Shown: positions 46,001 through 59,118 of the stretch, piece after piece
Position numbering within the stretch: position 1 is the first letter of the stretch
How the letters are laid out: each line of letters starts with the position of its first letter
Origin: Tubiluchus corallicola
Taxonomy: Eukaryota; Animalia; Priapulida
NCBI GenBank assembly: GCA_030141605.1
Contig: JAQGDQ010000074.1
Location: forward strand, 186,001-250,000
Length of the DNA stretch: 64,000 nt
Direction: 5' to 3'
Translations under genes and position numbers: made by a program
The notes under the pieces: generated by a model
The model's database searches: none
The model's input: the letters and a program-made list of their open reading frames with translations, nothing else
What the model was told of the DNA's origin: nothing

Positions 46001-47016
46001 AATATTTGTCGTAACATGAAGAAACCACAGATATTCTCCTATAGTGTTTTTGATTCTTGCTTCTGACTGTTGTTTTCTTCAATAATTATGAATTATAACC
46101 AATTAAAATGAAATGTAAATTTTGTCCTACTGTGTAAGCTGGCAGAACATCAGTTCCCGCGTGGACAAAGTCGTAATGTAACTGTCGAACAACTTCCGGG
46201 TGCTCAAGAACTACTTCCGGTATATAAGCTGCTGCAGATACATAACCTCTTCGCTCAAATTCGAGCAAGTATCCTTCTGCTATTAGAACATCTTCTCCAT
46301 TCTTGAGTCTTTCCATCAAGCCTAGAAAAAATAATTTCACAAATAATTGTCATTCAAAGAAATTCTTTTTTAAATCTAAGGAAAGTAAGAGAATCAGCTC
46401 TAGGTATTACCGTCGGTGGTAAAACATGTAGATGCTGCGCCAGAAACATGGTGTATTACTATTTCGTTTTGCAATTCTTTAAACAGGAGTGCCTTACAGA
46501 CTTGCAAAATTGGGGCTGCTAAGCACCACGCTTCTTTAACAGCTCATGCAGGATCAATGATTTTCGTTCAAGAAGCGACAAAGTTTTTTTAAATGTTGAT
46601 AAACGTTTACGTAATCATAATCATAATTATAATCTACCAGAGCTTTATTAGAGTGCTCGCTGCTAGTCCTAAAAACTCCCTTTATTCTGTATACTGAATA
46701 CAATTAATCACATTCAGACGAAGCCGCGTGACTTTAGACAAATTCGAACCATGAATTTCAGACAGGAATCTATTCTTAATTATATTTTTAGAAGATTTTT
46801 CACTGGCGAGAATAAATGTTTACCTAATAACACATTTTCGGTAAGTCCTACATTGTGAATATAGAAACACAGACTTTATTAGGTGTTTTTCAATAGTAAA
46901 TGCAAAAACTATAGTGTGCACAATACAGCACAACACGACTGTAAGTTCGCCGTTTCGTAACTTAACCCAAATAACTTACCTTTCACAGGCTTTCGATGTT
47001 TCGTGTCACCGCTCAT
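40013..47016 (-). CDS. BHMT: Betaine--homocysteine S-methyltransferase-like protein (Hcy S-methyltransferase family), 352 aa, complete
   Basis: Seven exons: 47016-46980, 46321-46131 (GLMERLKNG...AEGYLLEFERRGY...PEVVLEHPEVVRQLH.DFVHAG), 45620-45423 (YYGHREKLR...IAREVAD), 44599-44488 (ADFIILET), 43520-43342 (GADVVGFNC), 43152-43074 and 40275-40013 (YVGLCCG...TGA). Total 1059 nt, all GT-AG and phase-consistent. The three Zn-binding cysteines (GxNC and GxCCG motifs) are intact. Confidence 0.93.
40721..43009 (+). mobile_element. Decayed Academ-like TIR DNA transposon in BHMT intron 6
   Basis: ~240-bp imperfect TIRs at 40721-40957 and 42752-43009 (tttacagtaattc...cagagagcaa, aactctgtg.gagcc, cttttcagtg, ctaggaaa), with TAG...CTA termini. 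A broken internal coding remnant lies near 41990-42231 (DDNTLDHHMERMNYIA...CRSVCH...acidic tail). The superfamily call is an inference. Confidence 0.7.
45781..45960. repeat. (CT)n/(CA)n compound repeat
   Basis: Direct reading of the sequence. Confidence 0.85.
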
Positions 47017-47692
47017 TTCCAAGTTAATAAAAATATCTTTCTTTATTAGCGGGGTAATTCCTAAATGGCAGGAGGTCAGCCAGGACTACCTAATATATTA
47101 CGGCTTTTGTACCACAGAAGCGTCAATATTCCTCGCATTCCGTTGCACCGAGCGCCAAGGCCAGTTTATGCAATTTACAACATATAGCACCCAGATGGAG
47201 CTCAGATTATTTTTGGACCTGGACTGTTCATAGTTCTTGTTTATTCTGGCAACTTTGCTGGATGTCCAGGACCGCAGTACTTGAATGATTCAGATAATGT
47301 GCTATCTGTATAATGTACTGTTTGATATCTATAAAATTCTGATATCAGGCTTATAGCAGTGTAGACGAGGCAATGGCAGTCAAAGAAAGCAGTTGAATTT
47401 CAGCAGTTGCGGCCGCCACGAACTATATGATAGATTTTTATGTCAGCAGTACTGCAAGGACGTCTGCTGAGGAATCTGATGAATAACTAATTTTGCGGCC
47501 AACCTATTTGTCTAATTGTCTAATTTTAATGTTTTAATTCAGGGGTTTCGTATTCGCAACGTGACTGACTTTTCATACAGCAGTTCCGTAGCACAATAAA
47601 TGTACTGGAAACATCGGTTGCCTTTTACTGAATGTTTTCGATTTTTTCTGCAAAGCTATTTTATAAGTTTCAAAAGAAGATTCACTTCCAGT

Positions 47693-48230
47693 TAACCCTT
47701 AGCAGACCAAGATGGGGTAAAATATTACCCCAGCAGTGTTTGCTCACATTTTTTATATTGATGCACACAATGAAAAATGTTCAAACTAGTAGTGATTAAA
47801 TACTTTTCGACTTGGTTTTGTTGAAAAGTATTATTCATACTTTTTTCAAAGCACCAGTGCTAGATACTACCCGATGTGGGCTAACTTATTACTTCGCCCC
47901 TTGGTCTTTTATGTAGGCAGAATTTTGGATTTTACGTTGCAGTATTTCTCTTTCTGGCAGCATTATGTGTTTGCTTTTAAAATTGAGAAGTGCTGCAAGC
48001 CTCCAATTCGGCCTACAGTTCTGCAAAGAAATTTTTCTAATGATCTGTTGAGGAAATTTCATATTTGTGGACATTCTTCATTTAGTAATATGGCAGGAAC
48101 TTTTGCTGTACAGATGGCCAAGTTTGAAGCTGATGAAGATCCAGTAAGCGAAGACGAAGTGTCTGTCTCAGAATTGAGCAGTGAACATTTGCACAGGCAC
48201 TTTTTTGGTTTGATTTAGTTTTCAATTACT
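47693..48230 (+). mobile_element. Possible piggyBac-like 5' fragment
   Basis: TTAA-CCCT start, subterminal palindrome ggggtaaaatattacccc, and a downstream short acidic stretch (EADEDPVSEDEVSVSE). No matching right end was found. Confidence 0.3.
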
Positions 48231-48507
48231 GGTACGGTGCTGGTGAACTTGTTTTAGCGCAGCAGTAACTTAATTAAAGCTTTTATCTTTAGTCTGGCTG
48301 CAACTTTAGTAAATTCTCGCTACAAGCCCGTGACATTTTGTATAGCTTTACCATGTATATTTTATGTATTTGTTGAAACACATGTTTATTCTGTGTATTT
48401 ATGTACATGCATAAATCAGTAGTTTATCGGTTCTACATACGTAAGTATAAATTTCGATGTCGATGATATCGTTGATGATGATGATTTTGATGATGATGAT
48501 GATGTGT

Positions 48508-48538
<31 letters not shown>

Positions 48539-49510
48539 GTTGCTCGTGATTATGATGATGACGATAATGATGTGACTAGTAGTGTCAAGGACGTTAACGT
48601 CCTCCGACGGTGCAACATTATATTATTGAAGTAAAAGGTATTGTTAACAAGGCAGCAAAAAAAACGCTAATTTTATTCTTGCGAAAAGACTTAATATTCT
48701 AAGAAATTCAAAATAGGCGACAATCAGATAAGTGTTAGTCAGTGTGATACGTAATTTTTTCTCACCGATATTTTTACAACCCAGCAAACAGCTGCGTGTT
48801 GGCGATGGGCATTGACCTTAAATTTTACAAACTGCAGCGTGGCTTCAGTAAGCATTCATTTTTAGAATTATATGTTGTAGTCACGCGAGTTCTCGCCAAC
48901 CAAGCAGTTTTCCCTACAAACCACTAAGAAACATAAATATTATAGTTGTATGGTTGTGTTTTACTAAGATTTGAAAGATTTTATATACAACTCAAAAACT
49001 GTGTATACTCGTATTATGTAGACAGATTTGGTTAAATTTGCACAACCCGATCTAAAATTTATATTATTTTTAGATCTCGCATTAGACTGAATTATCAATC
49101 AACCTTAATTCGTTTTGACTCACTTAATTAGCGAATAATGCTAACAAATGTAATTCTTAAAATCAAGTTTAGTGACAATTAATTATTAGTTAGCATATAA
49201 CGCTGTTTTCTTTGTGCATTGTAACGTGTTTTAATTATAATGAAATTTTACTATTTTTATCATTGTTTAAACGTTTTCTGTAGCACTTGTTTTCCGGTTG
49301 TTGGAGAAACAAGCCGTCATTAACGCGAGTCAGTGAACTCAGCAAGTTTTTCACACGTGGTGCAAGCTGCCCTGTTAAACCTTGAAATAGATACAAAAAA
49401 TTCTCATTGGCTTGGTGGTAACTTCTGCTTTTAACTTTCGTTTTTACTTGCGCTTCTCAAATTCTATTGAATACATTGAACTAAAGCAGCACGCAGTTAC
49501 TTTTTACTTC

Positions 49511-49550
49511 TGCGCATGATGGGTGACGTGTAAGCGAGAAAGTTTCAGTT
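49511..49550 (+). promoter_or_regulatory. Candidate core promoter of the OATP gene
   Basis: TGCGCATG at 49511, TGACGT at 49524 and TCAGTT at 49545, about 440 nt before the ATG. Confidence 0.35.
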
Positions 49551-49992
49551 GTTTTCAAATGACGATGACGGTGAGAATGATGATTATGATAATCATTCGA
49601 TTGTTTTGCGAATGTGGTACCTATCTTTGTGAATACGATCTATGCATCAAATGAACTTTCTTGGGGAGGTTGCACCTCAAAATAAGTGGATATGTCGGAT
49701 GCGAAATAAGCGCAAGTGTATTCAATACTATTTTCATTGATTTATTTTGTAGAATAGCGCTGTAACCAAGGTGACTTTCCTTGTATGGGCTATTTGTTTA
49801 GGATTTTGGTTATTTTTATTAATATTTCGTAACCAAGTGTTGTAGCCAAAAATCATTTTCCCTGTATGAATTATCGTTGTATAATCTTCATCAGTTCTTT
49901 TTATCCAAACGTAATAGCCAAGTATTTTCCCTGTATGTGAAACTCAAAAACGTGAAAAAATACTAATGATAGAGCATCTGTGATCAGTTATT

Positions 49993-52900
49993 ATGGAAAA
50001 CAATGTGAAAAATAAGACCGGTGGCTGTGCTGGTGATAACTTGCAAGACACGGAAAAACAGACGGCAAAGAGCTGCTCACGGAGATGGTTTTCTGATGCC
50101 AGATTGTTCGTCCTAATCTACAGTTTGATATGGCTTTCGAATGGCGCCTTCTTTTCGTACATCGTCGGCGCTATAACTACAATCGAGAAACGATTTCAGT
50201 TTCCCAGCAAGCAGAGTGGTCTTCTCATATCTATCAATGAATTCTTTCACTTATTCCTTGTGGTGTTTGTGAGCTATTTTGGTGGAAAGAGCCACAAGCC
50301 TCGGGTTTTGGGCGTCGGTTGTGGTGTACTTGCTTTAGGGGTCTTTATCTTGACTGTGCCACACTACGTCTACGGAGCAGGTCCCAGATTACGTGTCAAC
50401 AACACAGGTGAAACAATTACATTATGCAATAAAAGCCACAGCATCAGAGAGTTTGAACCAAATGAAGAGTGCGAAGAGGAAGCAACATCAAACAGAAATG
50501 CTTTTTGGATTTTATGTTTAGGAAAGGCGTTGTTTGGCATTGGCGGTGCGTCACTTTATGCTCTGGGAGCGTCATATATTGACGATAATGCTGACAAGCA
50601 GGCATCAGTATTATATTTAGGTATGAGATTAAAACTTGCACATCTTAAACTTGCTTTTTCTGCGTTAATGTACTCTGTTATGATCTCTTGAAAAAAACAA
50701 TGATCTCTATCGCTTTAAAAACGTTAAAACAAGTAGTTATATGATTAACAGCAGTGATATTATTTAGATAAATAGTTCCGGTATATTAAACTTACGAAGA
50801 AGCCTGGACGTACTATGCGTAGTAGTCACTGAGAGTTAATGTAATGATGTATATACATGTACAAAATGCCAAGTGAAATGATTCAAATTGGTGGTATATA
50901 ATAATAGATTTCTAGATTGCGACACTCACTGTCGCAATTTGCAAATTCATTAAATTTTCCGTTTCAGGTTTTGCGTTTGCCATGCGTGTTTTTGGACCTG
51001 TCGTGGGAATGATTCTAAGCGGTTTGTGCGCGTCACTCTACATAACTCCTACAGGTAAATATCATTGGTAAACAAGTAAACAGCTCTTACAATTATTTAG
51101 TGTTAGATAAATTAAGTAAACAAGTTAACAATATTGTCTTTTATAAACTGAGCACAAATAACTTCTACAAACTTACTTTATACTTTTATCGAAATCATTA
51201 TGATGCTAGCAGTTAGACAATTATGCAGGTCAATGCTTCTTTTTAATGTAACATTATAACTATTTTGTTAGATTCCTTACTTTTCTTGAATTGTCAACAT
51301 TTAACAGGTACCAATGACACCAGTTAGGTTCCATATTACTGTTCCAGGTTCCCTATTGGTAGAAATAACGATAAATATTTTAATTTTTTTGCAGATCCAC
51401 CAAGTGATATGACGCCATGGGATCCGCAATGGATAGGAGCATACTGGCTTGGCTTTCTTATCCTGTCTCTCTTAATGGCAATTCTTTCTGTTCCAATGGC
51501 TATGTTTCCTCGATCTATCAGAAATGTTAATAAAGAGCAATACGAAGAAGAAAATAAATCAAAATATAAGGACAACGAGCTCATCCGAGTCGTCATATCT
51601 AAACCAAAAGGTGTAAAAACTATTTTTCTATAATGAATATTTATGTTAAACAAGTAACACTAATAGGCAGTGATTTATAATAATTTGTTAGCATGTGTCA
51701 TACTTAACAAAATACCTCAGGCCACAAAAATTAAAATTCGTGAACTAGCTTCTATGCAAAAAAGAAAAGTTTTAACAGCAATATTAATTTTTAGAATTAG
51801 TCATTGCCATTAAAAAGCTGTTGACGAATCCTGTCTATGTTGGAATTGCGCTGGGAGCTTGCGTGGACATGCATGCAGTGACTGGTTACTTTGTGTGGCT
51901 TCCAAAGTACATTGAAACTCAGTTTAATCAGCCAGTGTTTGGTGCCGCCATTGCAGCAGGTACAAGTTACTCGCTTACCCCTTCTTTCTTTTTATGATTT
52001 ATTAATATTAACTGGAAATTTGCCTACCCCCTGATTTAAAGCGATGTGGTTATCCTATTTGTATTTACATGTCAAAACACTGCCATTATTTTTTAATTGT
52101 ATATATAGGGTAGTCATATGCCTCGCAGCTTAGCCTTTAAAGCTGTGGATGTTACACCATGACAGTGCTGGCGACGGTACCCATGAATGGTACAAGTTCA
52201 ACATACATAGGTTCTATAATATTGTTTACATTTAATCAGACATACACTGTACAAGTTCCATTGTTGTTACTGTTGTTGCTTTTTCTGTTATTCAAATTTT
52301 GCTGTGCTTTGACATTTGATTATGTGAGTCTCGTGTACAAAATTTGCAGCATTTAGTGGCAACCTAAACCAAATACACAAAGTACGGCTAAGTTAACAGT
52401 TATTGTACATCTAGCATGCACAGATGCAAAACAGTCCACCGAATAAAACTTATTTTTACTTTTTTCAGAGCAAATTTGCTTGTTGTTTTTCAGCTTTGAG
52501 TACTCTTTTACCATCTTGCTTGGGCTATTTTATCGGATCTGCTATAATCAATAGGTTGAAACTAACCACCAAAGGCATTTTGCTCATCATTCTAGTCGGG
52601 AATTTCATCTTTGGAACACTAGGAGGAATTCTTCCGATGTTCCTTGGCTGTGATCAACCTTCGTTTGAGGACACGCTTAACGGGAGAAACTTTCTAAGGT
52701 TATCCAAAGCCTCAGAATTGCAGTTGATTAGAAAATCAACAATACAAATTTTAGCCCCTGTTGTTGGTCATTTTCAAGCGCTTAACTTTAAATGATATGT
52801 TTTTGGAAGATATAAGTATAAATTTATTTCTACTTATATAAAGTTAAATTATTACTTAATACTTTTGTATCCAGAAATTACAATAGTAGAGTGACTCGGT

Positions 52901-55900
52901 ATTATGACAAATTACTTATCAGTTGATTTTAATTTCGGCTAAGACTTAAGCGCAGAATAATCTGATCAAATCCCCATCCTTATTCAAGGTCAAGGTCAAG
53001 GTCATACAAGTCAGAATCGCGGAAGCTCAGTAGCGGGTTGCAAATGTGGATGGGTTTAATACTGTGCTGAGTGACCGAAGTTGAGAATGATACTGCGGTT
53101 GGTCAGGTAATGGATGGTGCGTGGCTGTCAAATCCGTCAATCCGTCATACTGATTCTGGATGTTTCTTAAAGGGAGGATACATTCACATCCAAACAACAC
53201 ACGTATTAGAATTCAGTTAGCAGCTCATCTTAGATACAGTGCCTTGATAATGTTATAGCTTAAGTTCTGGTCTCCTCGCGAACATTCAAATTGAGTAGCT
53301 TCTGCTGTTGAATGCTGGATTTTGGTTTGCAGTAGCCGAATTGCATCTAAAGAAATCCCCAAGTATTTCAGGCTGACAAGTCTAATACCTCGTTTTCGGG
53401 TAGGCGGGTACCTAGGGTAAAATCACCAGTGTTTTTTCCTTTGTGAAATAGGGAAAGAAAATTGCTCATTTCAGCTACTGGGAAATACAGATTAGTCTGT
53501 AATAATTATTGTTACGGGCTGCAAAGAGGGATGCAAATTGTACGTATAACTACGGCATACAAATTATATAATCATTGGGGCTTCTAAATTAGTTATGTCG
53601 AAAGACTGCAAGCGAATGCAAAACGAACGGTAATACCAGTTAGAAAATGTCCTTTCTGGTTGACTAATTCCTCCAACGTCAGCTGTAACGCGAAGTGTGT
53701 GTCTATCTGCATGAAAATATTGCGTGAAATATCTGCTTGTTTTCATTACTAGTACGTCAAGGTTTAGTTAGATTAGCTTTTTTCGTTTACAGCCGTGGAC
53801 TAAGAAACCCATGTAATCATCAGTGCAAGTGCAGTGAGGGAAAATTCATTCCCATTTGCGATAGTAACGGAGTGTCATTTTTTTCACCTTGCCATGCTGG
53901 CTGCACAGGTAGCACGCTGTCCACTGATTTCAGCAAGGTATACATAGAAAATAAAACGTTATTCAGTATAGGCTCATTCTGAATTTGTTTCTATGGCACG
54001 TTCTTATCAGGTAATGGCTATTTAATGAGTAATGAAGCCATCGCGCCAAGTGAATCTGTAATTCTGCCTACGCAACAACAATTTTTCAGACTTCCGACTA
54101 TATGAGTAGCGGTTCTATTAGTTTAAGTCCATTTCCCACAAAAAGTGTTCCCCAGAATTTTTTCACAGAAAATCATTTCCTAGAAAAAAATGCAGTCAAC
54201 ATTTTCCCATAAAAGTTTTTTCACGGAAAATGTTGAAATACTCGTTTCGCAGAGGAAACGTTTCCCAGAAAGTTTTTAACAGGAACATCCGGTTACGTTT
54301 TTAATTGCTAAAATATATGCTATTTTAGTAGGATAAAGCCTTCGATTTCTCTCTTTTTATTTGCTTCTCCCTCGTTACCGCCTTTCCTTCCTATACCCGT
54401 CTTGTCGTCTCCCGCTCTTCCTCTCGCCCTCCCTTTTCCCTCTCATCTTCTCTCTCTACCGTCCCCTATAGCTCTCTCTCACTCGGTCCACTTTCTCTCT
54501 TTCTGCTTCTTAATTACAGTATCCGCAAAGCTTTCACTATTGACTAACAGAAATCAGAATCATCCGAATAACGCAACGTTTAAAAGGTCAACCGTCTTTT
54601 TTAATTTTGTTTTGGAAAATAGTTTTATTTTAAAACTTTGTTTTTTAAATTGTTTTTAGGATGCTTTCTCAAAGTAATTTGTATTGCATCATTTGCCGAA
54701 TATTATCTCTTCAAATACAATTGATTTCATAGGATTTGAAATAAGGTTTAATAAATATTATAGGAAATTAAAACATCAAGGCTATGCAAACGATACAGAA
54801 ACCCAGTCTACACAAATCTTGGTCCAAATATGCCCAATCAATTATGCTCCATCGCAAAATTTTTATAGGTTCTTTTATGCTGGACAGAATCCTAGTTCAT
54901 TAGCAAGATAATTCTCTGCGATGAAATACTAAACTGACAGGGATGTCACAGTCAAATTCGGGTGCGCGTACATCTTTTCTAAACAGCGAGAAACGAACGA
55001 AATTATTCGGAATCACAGTAAAAGAAACTGCCCAAGAGTGAGATTCATGAGCGGTCACCCAAGCAAAAAGTTGCCCTGTCCGGCAATGCCAAACTTCGGT
55101 AGGCATGCAAGTACAGGTCGTGATTACTCACTATTTCACAGATGCAAATATCAACATAATCAACAACAATAATCACTATTTAATCATTCTGACGTTACAA
55201 ATATACTTTCTGGGCCCAGTTTGCCAAATTTTTTGATCATGTGATTCCTATTAATCAATATGCGTAGTTAAAATAAAATACTTTTTATTGCGTAATGTCT
55301 ACCTACGCTTTAAAAAGAATTTATTACATCTTCTGTGAATTTTATTTCTATGAACTGACAGTTCTGGGAAAAAATTTCTGGGAAATGGCAATTATGGGAA
55401 AAATCTTCTCTCGGAAATATTTTTTCTGGCAAAAAAGTTTTCTGTGAAGTTTTTTGTCTGACAAAAATTTTTAGGCAAAACCTAATTTTCAGTAAACCGA
55501 GTAATATATAGTCAATAAAAACAGCAATGGTGTTGTAATTACCCAAAATAAATTGCACTGGTTAACTGATTGTGTTTCAGAACTTTACGGACTGTGCGTG
55601 TGCTCAAGAGCCAGTCGTTGGAGGATTGTGTTCTGAAGAGTGTCAATTATATCCATTTTATATAGCTGTTACCACTATAAAAGAACTTGCAGCCTCACCA
55701 ACACAGATAGCTCTCATAATGGCTACCATTAGGTAAAAAAAACAGTCAAATTTTATTTATAAAACCGCTTTAATATTTTTAATTGCTATGTAGTATTTTT
55801 CATTGATTGCTTATTACGAAAGCCTGCAACAATTCAGTTAAGACTGGAGTGACTTATTTTTCTTCTTTTCTAATAAAATTAGTTTTTTAAAGTTACGATC

Positions 55901-56461
55901 ACTCGAACACACAGAAACGGAAAAATCTCAGCTTTGAAAATGTAAGCACAGACGATTTTTAAATCGTTATAAATTTATCAAATTTATCGAATATAAACGT
56001 CGTAATTCGATTCAATTTATTGCGCAAATATGCAAATAACATTACATACATTGGCAAGTACAAAAAGAAAATTATATACAGGTAGAACTACAGAATGCTA
56101 TCACATGTACATTGCTATATATATAAACTGATGTACTGGTTCTTAGTTATACTAGCTATTATGAGATACAGATCGACTATTGCAATTATATTATTAACCA
56201 AACTAAGTGATTTTTTGGCTGCCCAATGATACTTGCTAGCAGTAATAGGTACTATAATTAATGACTGTTGTTTGCAAAACTTTATATTAATTAGTATAAT
56301 TATGACTATTATTAACGGGGATACACATTGACTAGTTCAGAATACAGCATTAGAATTAAGTGAGAGCTTGCTTTTACGATCACATGTCAGACAATGATAT
56401 TAGAGTTAATGAATACACTTTGTACAAAAGTCGATCACAAAATTTGGAACCTAATCTAGTT

Positions 56462-56539
<78 letters not shown>

Positions 56540-57132
56540 TATATAATGCTCAAATATATTTTAATTGCAGTATATTTGTATTTTAGACAATCTTACCAGT
56601 ATAGACTCATTGATAAATTTTCCAAAGGTATTTAGGTCAATTATTTAATTTGTAGTTCATGATCAGTCACCCTGAATTTCGTTACGTTTCGTCTGTATTG
56701 TTTGTTCCTTACTATTTCTAGGTATGACTCTAAACTATAGCTGCTTTTTAAGTTTCTGTAAAACCTTAACTTATTCTTCTCACCCCCTTTCCTGTCATCA
56801 TAGTATATTTCTGTGTAAAATAGCTTTTCATATCCTTTTTCTAGAATTTTTGAGAAGTTGTTTAACTTTTCTGTTCACTGATAAATTGTCATTATTTGTC
56901 AATTGTCAATGTTCAATGATAATCTCATAAAGGTTTTTGAGATTATCAGTGTCTTTCAGGTGTTCGATTATAAATCTAATTTTCTTAAAACTTCAAAGAC
57001 TACAAAGAAAATTTCTTCGTATTGTTTATAAATTACCTAAACATATAACAGTCACTAAAGCTCATCACCTTGATAGTAAAATTTTTAGGTTAGATGATCT
57101 GCTGTATTATTGCATCTCTCTCGCTATCTCTG

Positions 57133-57167
<35 letters not shown>

Positions 57168-59118
57168 ATATAAGACTCATTTCAAGTTATTTTCAAACTT
57201 TTTCAATAATCCAGCTAAACTTAATATAAAAAGGTATAACACTAGGTACAACGAATACACAAATTTTTCAAGAACGGATGTTGGTAAACACTTTATTTCC
57301 ACTAATGGCCCTATAACTTGGAATAAATTACCTGAATGCATTAAAACCTCTGTGTCAATTCATAGATTAAAGAAAAATCTTAAATCATACGTATTTGCCA
57401 CATATTCCGAATGATCACTTTGAATGTGTGGTTGTTTAATGTATATACCAACATTACTTCACAGCATGTACATGCGAATACTCACAATTGTCAATTCATC
57501 CCTATAAAACTATATATAATTGGCAATCAATTGTGCTGCTTTTTATTTTATTCTTATTTTGGCTACATTTATACTTTGGAAATATATAATGACTTAATCG
57601 TCGTCATAACATCATCGTTTTAACATCTGTCATTCATGCATTCCTCATCAACATGCTTAATTTCTACTTTTTTGCACTTTGTGTGCGTGAGTGAAATTTA
57701 CTATTAATCTTGATAGCACCAACAAAAGATTTTCTTCTGCTGCTGTCCAGAAGCATACTAGTCGTCTCAATAAAATTTATACATTAAAATGTTTTCTGTG
57801 TCAAAATTTGTGTTAATTTAATGCTTTCCGTGTAAATTATCATTGTAAACTTGTATGCTCATGGTAAATCTAGCAATATAGTCAAAATTCTAATTCTAAA
57901 TGTGACACTAAAAGTCTCACACAAAATGATAGTACTGATTCAGATAGTCTCACAGAGAAAAAGTTTGGTTTCATTTTCCCCTGTTTTGTAGATCTGTGGC
58001 TCCAGATCAGAAGCCTCTTGCCCTTGGACTTTCTTCTTTTCTCATTAGTGCCTTAGGTAAGTTATTCCATATAAGTCAAATGAATCAGTGCAATATTACA
58101 TTGCACATACTGATCAGATCCACTAAAATTTGAATTTAACTGTAATTATTAAAATGGGTTTTCACAAAATTTGATGAATAATGGCAAGAGTTTAAAAGGA
58201 TTTAAAAATACATAATTACTGAAATTGTTTTTGACAAAAATTGCCAAATAAATGCCATAAAAATCGAATTACAGATTGTTTTTGACAAAAACTGCCGAAT
58301 AAATGCCATAAAAATCGAATGTTGATGTAACTGATAAACTAACACTAAATTAAAGTAATCAACCCCTCAACAATTTAAGTTTCAATTTTTTTACAGCTAG
58401 TAGGCCAACGATTTTCATCTGTTAGCAAGCTCTTGTTCAGTAGTTGAAAATTTTTTTAGTCTACATTTGAAGCTTTGCATTATTTTCTTCTGCTACTACA
58501 CAAACTTTAGACAGTGGTCTAAAATCACTGCATTCCTATAGCCACTATATGGAAAAACCATGGTATAGTGATTTTACATCTCTGCTCTACAGTCAGCAAA
58601 GCAGCAGAAAAACAGACACAAACTTAAAATAATGACTAAAAAAATTCTCACTGAGCAAGTTTACCATAAGATTAACACCGTTGGTTGATCAGCTGCAAAA
58701 AAGGCGAAAACAAAATTATTGACGGACTTCTTAAATACTCTTTATTGTGAAGTCTGCTGAAACTATCACCAACTTTTGTATTTACTGGACAAGAAATAGA
58801 TTGTGCAAATCTAGTAAAGAACATTAGTACAGAACTAACTTATGAGCTAGATAACAAAATCCAAGTTTATTGTAATACATTACTTTTACAGCATTTATGC
58901 CAGGACCTATAATCGCAGGATCACTAGTAGACAGGGCCTGCACACTGTGGCAAAAGAACAAGTGCGACAAAACAGGAGCTTGCCTTCTATATGACAATAC
59001 CACATTTAGGTTTACAATACATGGCTTAGTTGCATTTGTAAAACTTGGGTCATGCATTTTTTATTTCATGGCATATCGAAAATGTGGTGGCACTCTCAGA
59101 GAAAGAAATAAAACTTAA
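49993..59118 (+). CDS. SLCO: Organic anion transporting polypeptide (OATP / SLCO family), 629 aa, complete
   Basis: Nine exons: 49993-50620, 50968-51054, 51395-51610, 51795-51959, 52494-52698, 53793-53937, 55581-55732, 57992-58056 and 58892-59118. Total 1890 nt, in frame. Motifs present: TTIEKRF, VSYFGG, SYIDDN, the OATP signature variant DPQWIGAYWLGFL, LPKYIETQF, a Kazal-like loop CNHQCKC...PIC...SPCHAGC, and C-terminal CTLWQ...C...GACLLYDN. Confidence 0.95.
54111..55482. mobile_element. Fold-back / MULE-like element remnant with TIRs built from short tandem units
   Basis: tttcccagaa-like units at 54130-54275 and their complement (ttctgggaaa-like) at 55360-55460. No TSD seen. Confidence 0.45.
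56465..56543. repeat. (TA)n(TACA)n microsatellite
   Basis: Direct reading of the sequence. Confidence 0.95.
56978..57790 (+). mobile_element. 5'-truncated CR1/L2-group LINE (ORF2 C-terminus plus 3' UTR) in OATP intron 7
   Basis: KLQRLQRKFLRIV...IFRLDDL and YNTR...RTDVGKHFISTNGPITWNKLPECIK...KKNLKSY are typical of CR1/L2-group ORF2 tails. The frame is broken by a (TA)n(TG)n tract at ~57132-57170. Confidence 0.8.
58224..58320 (+). repeat. Tandem duplication, 51-bp period, about 2 copies
   Basis: attgtttttgacaaaaa(t/c)tgcc(a/g)aataaatgccataaaaatcgaat occurs at 58224 and 58275. Confidence 0.9.
58321..58773. mobile_element. Fold-back MITE (~450 bp, imperfect palindrome) in OATP intron 8
   Basis: The arms pair around ~58545: taaaatcact / agtgatttta, aatttttttagtc / gactaaaaaaatt, ccaacg / cgttgg. 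Confidence 0.65.

Noticed and set aside
40013-47016. Recent horizontal transfer or bacterial contamination as the origin of BHMT
   Set aside because: The gene has six canonical introns with host-type repeats and host-like base composition.
52983-53004. Tandem TCAAGGTCA (FTZ-F1/ERR-like sites) in OATP intron 5
   Set aside because: CAAGGT tandem units are a common internal motif of non-autonomous transposons, and there is no independent evidence of regulatory function.
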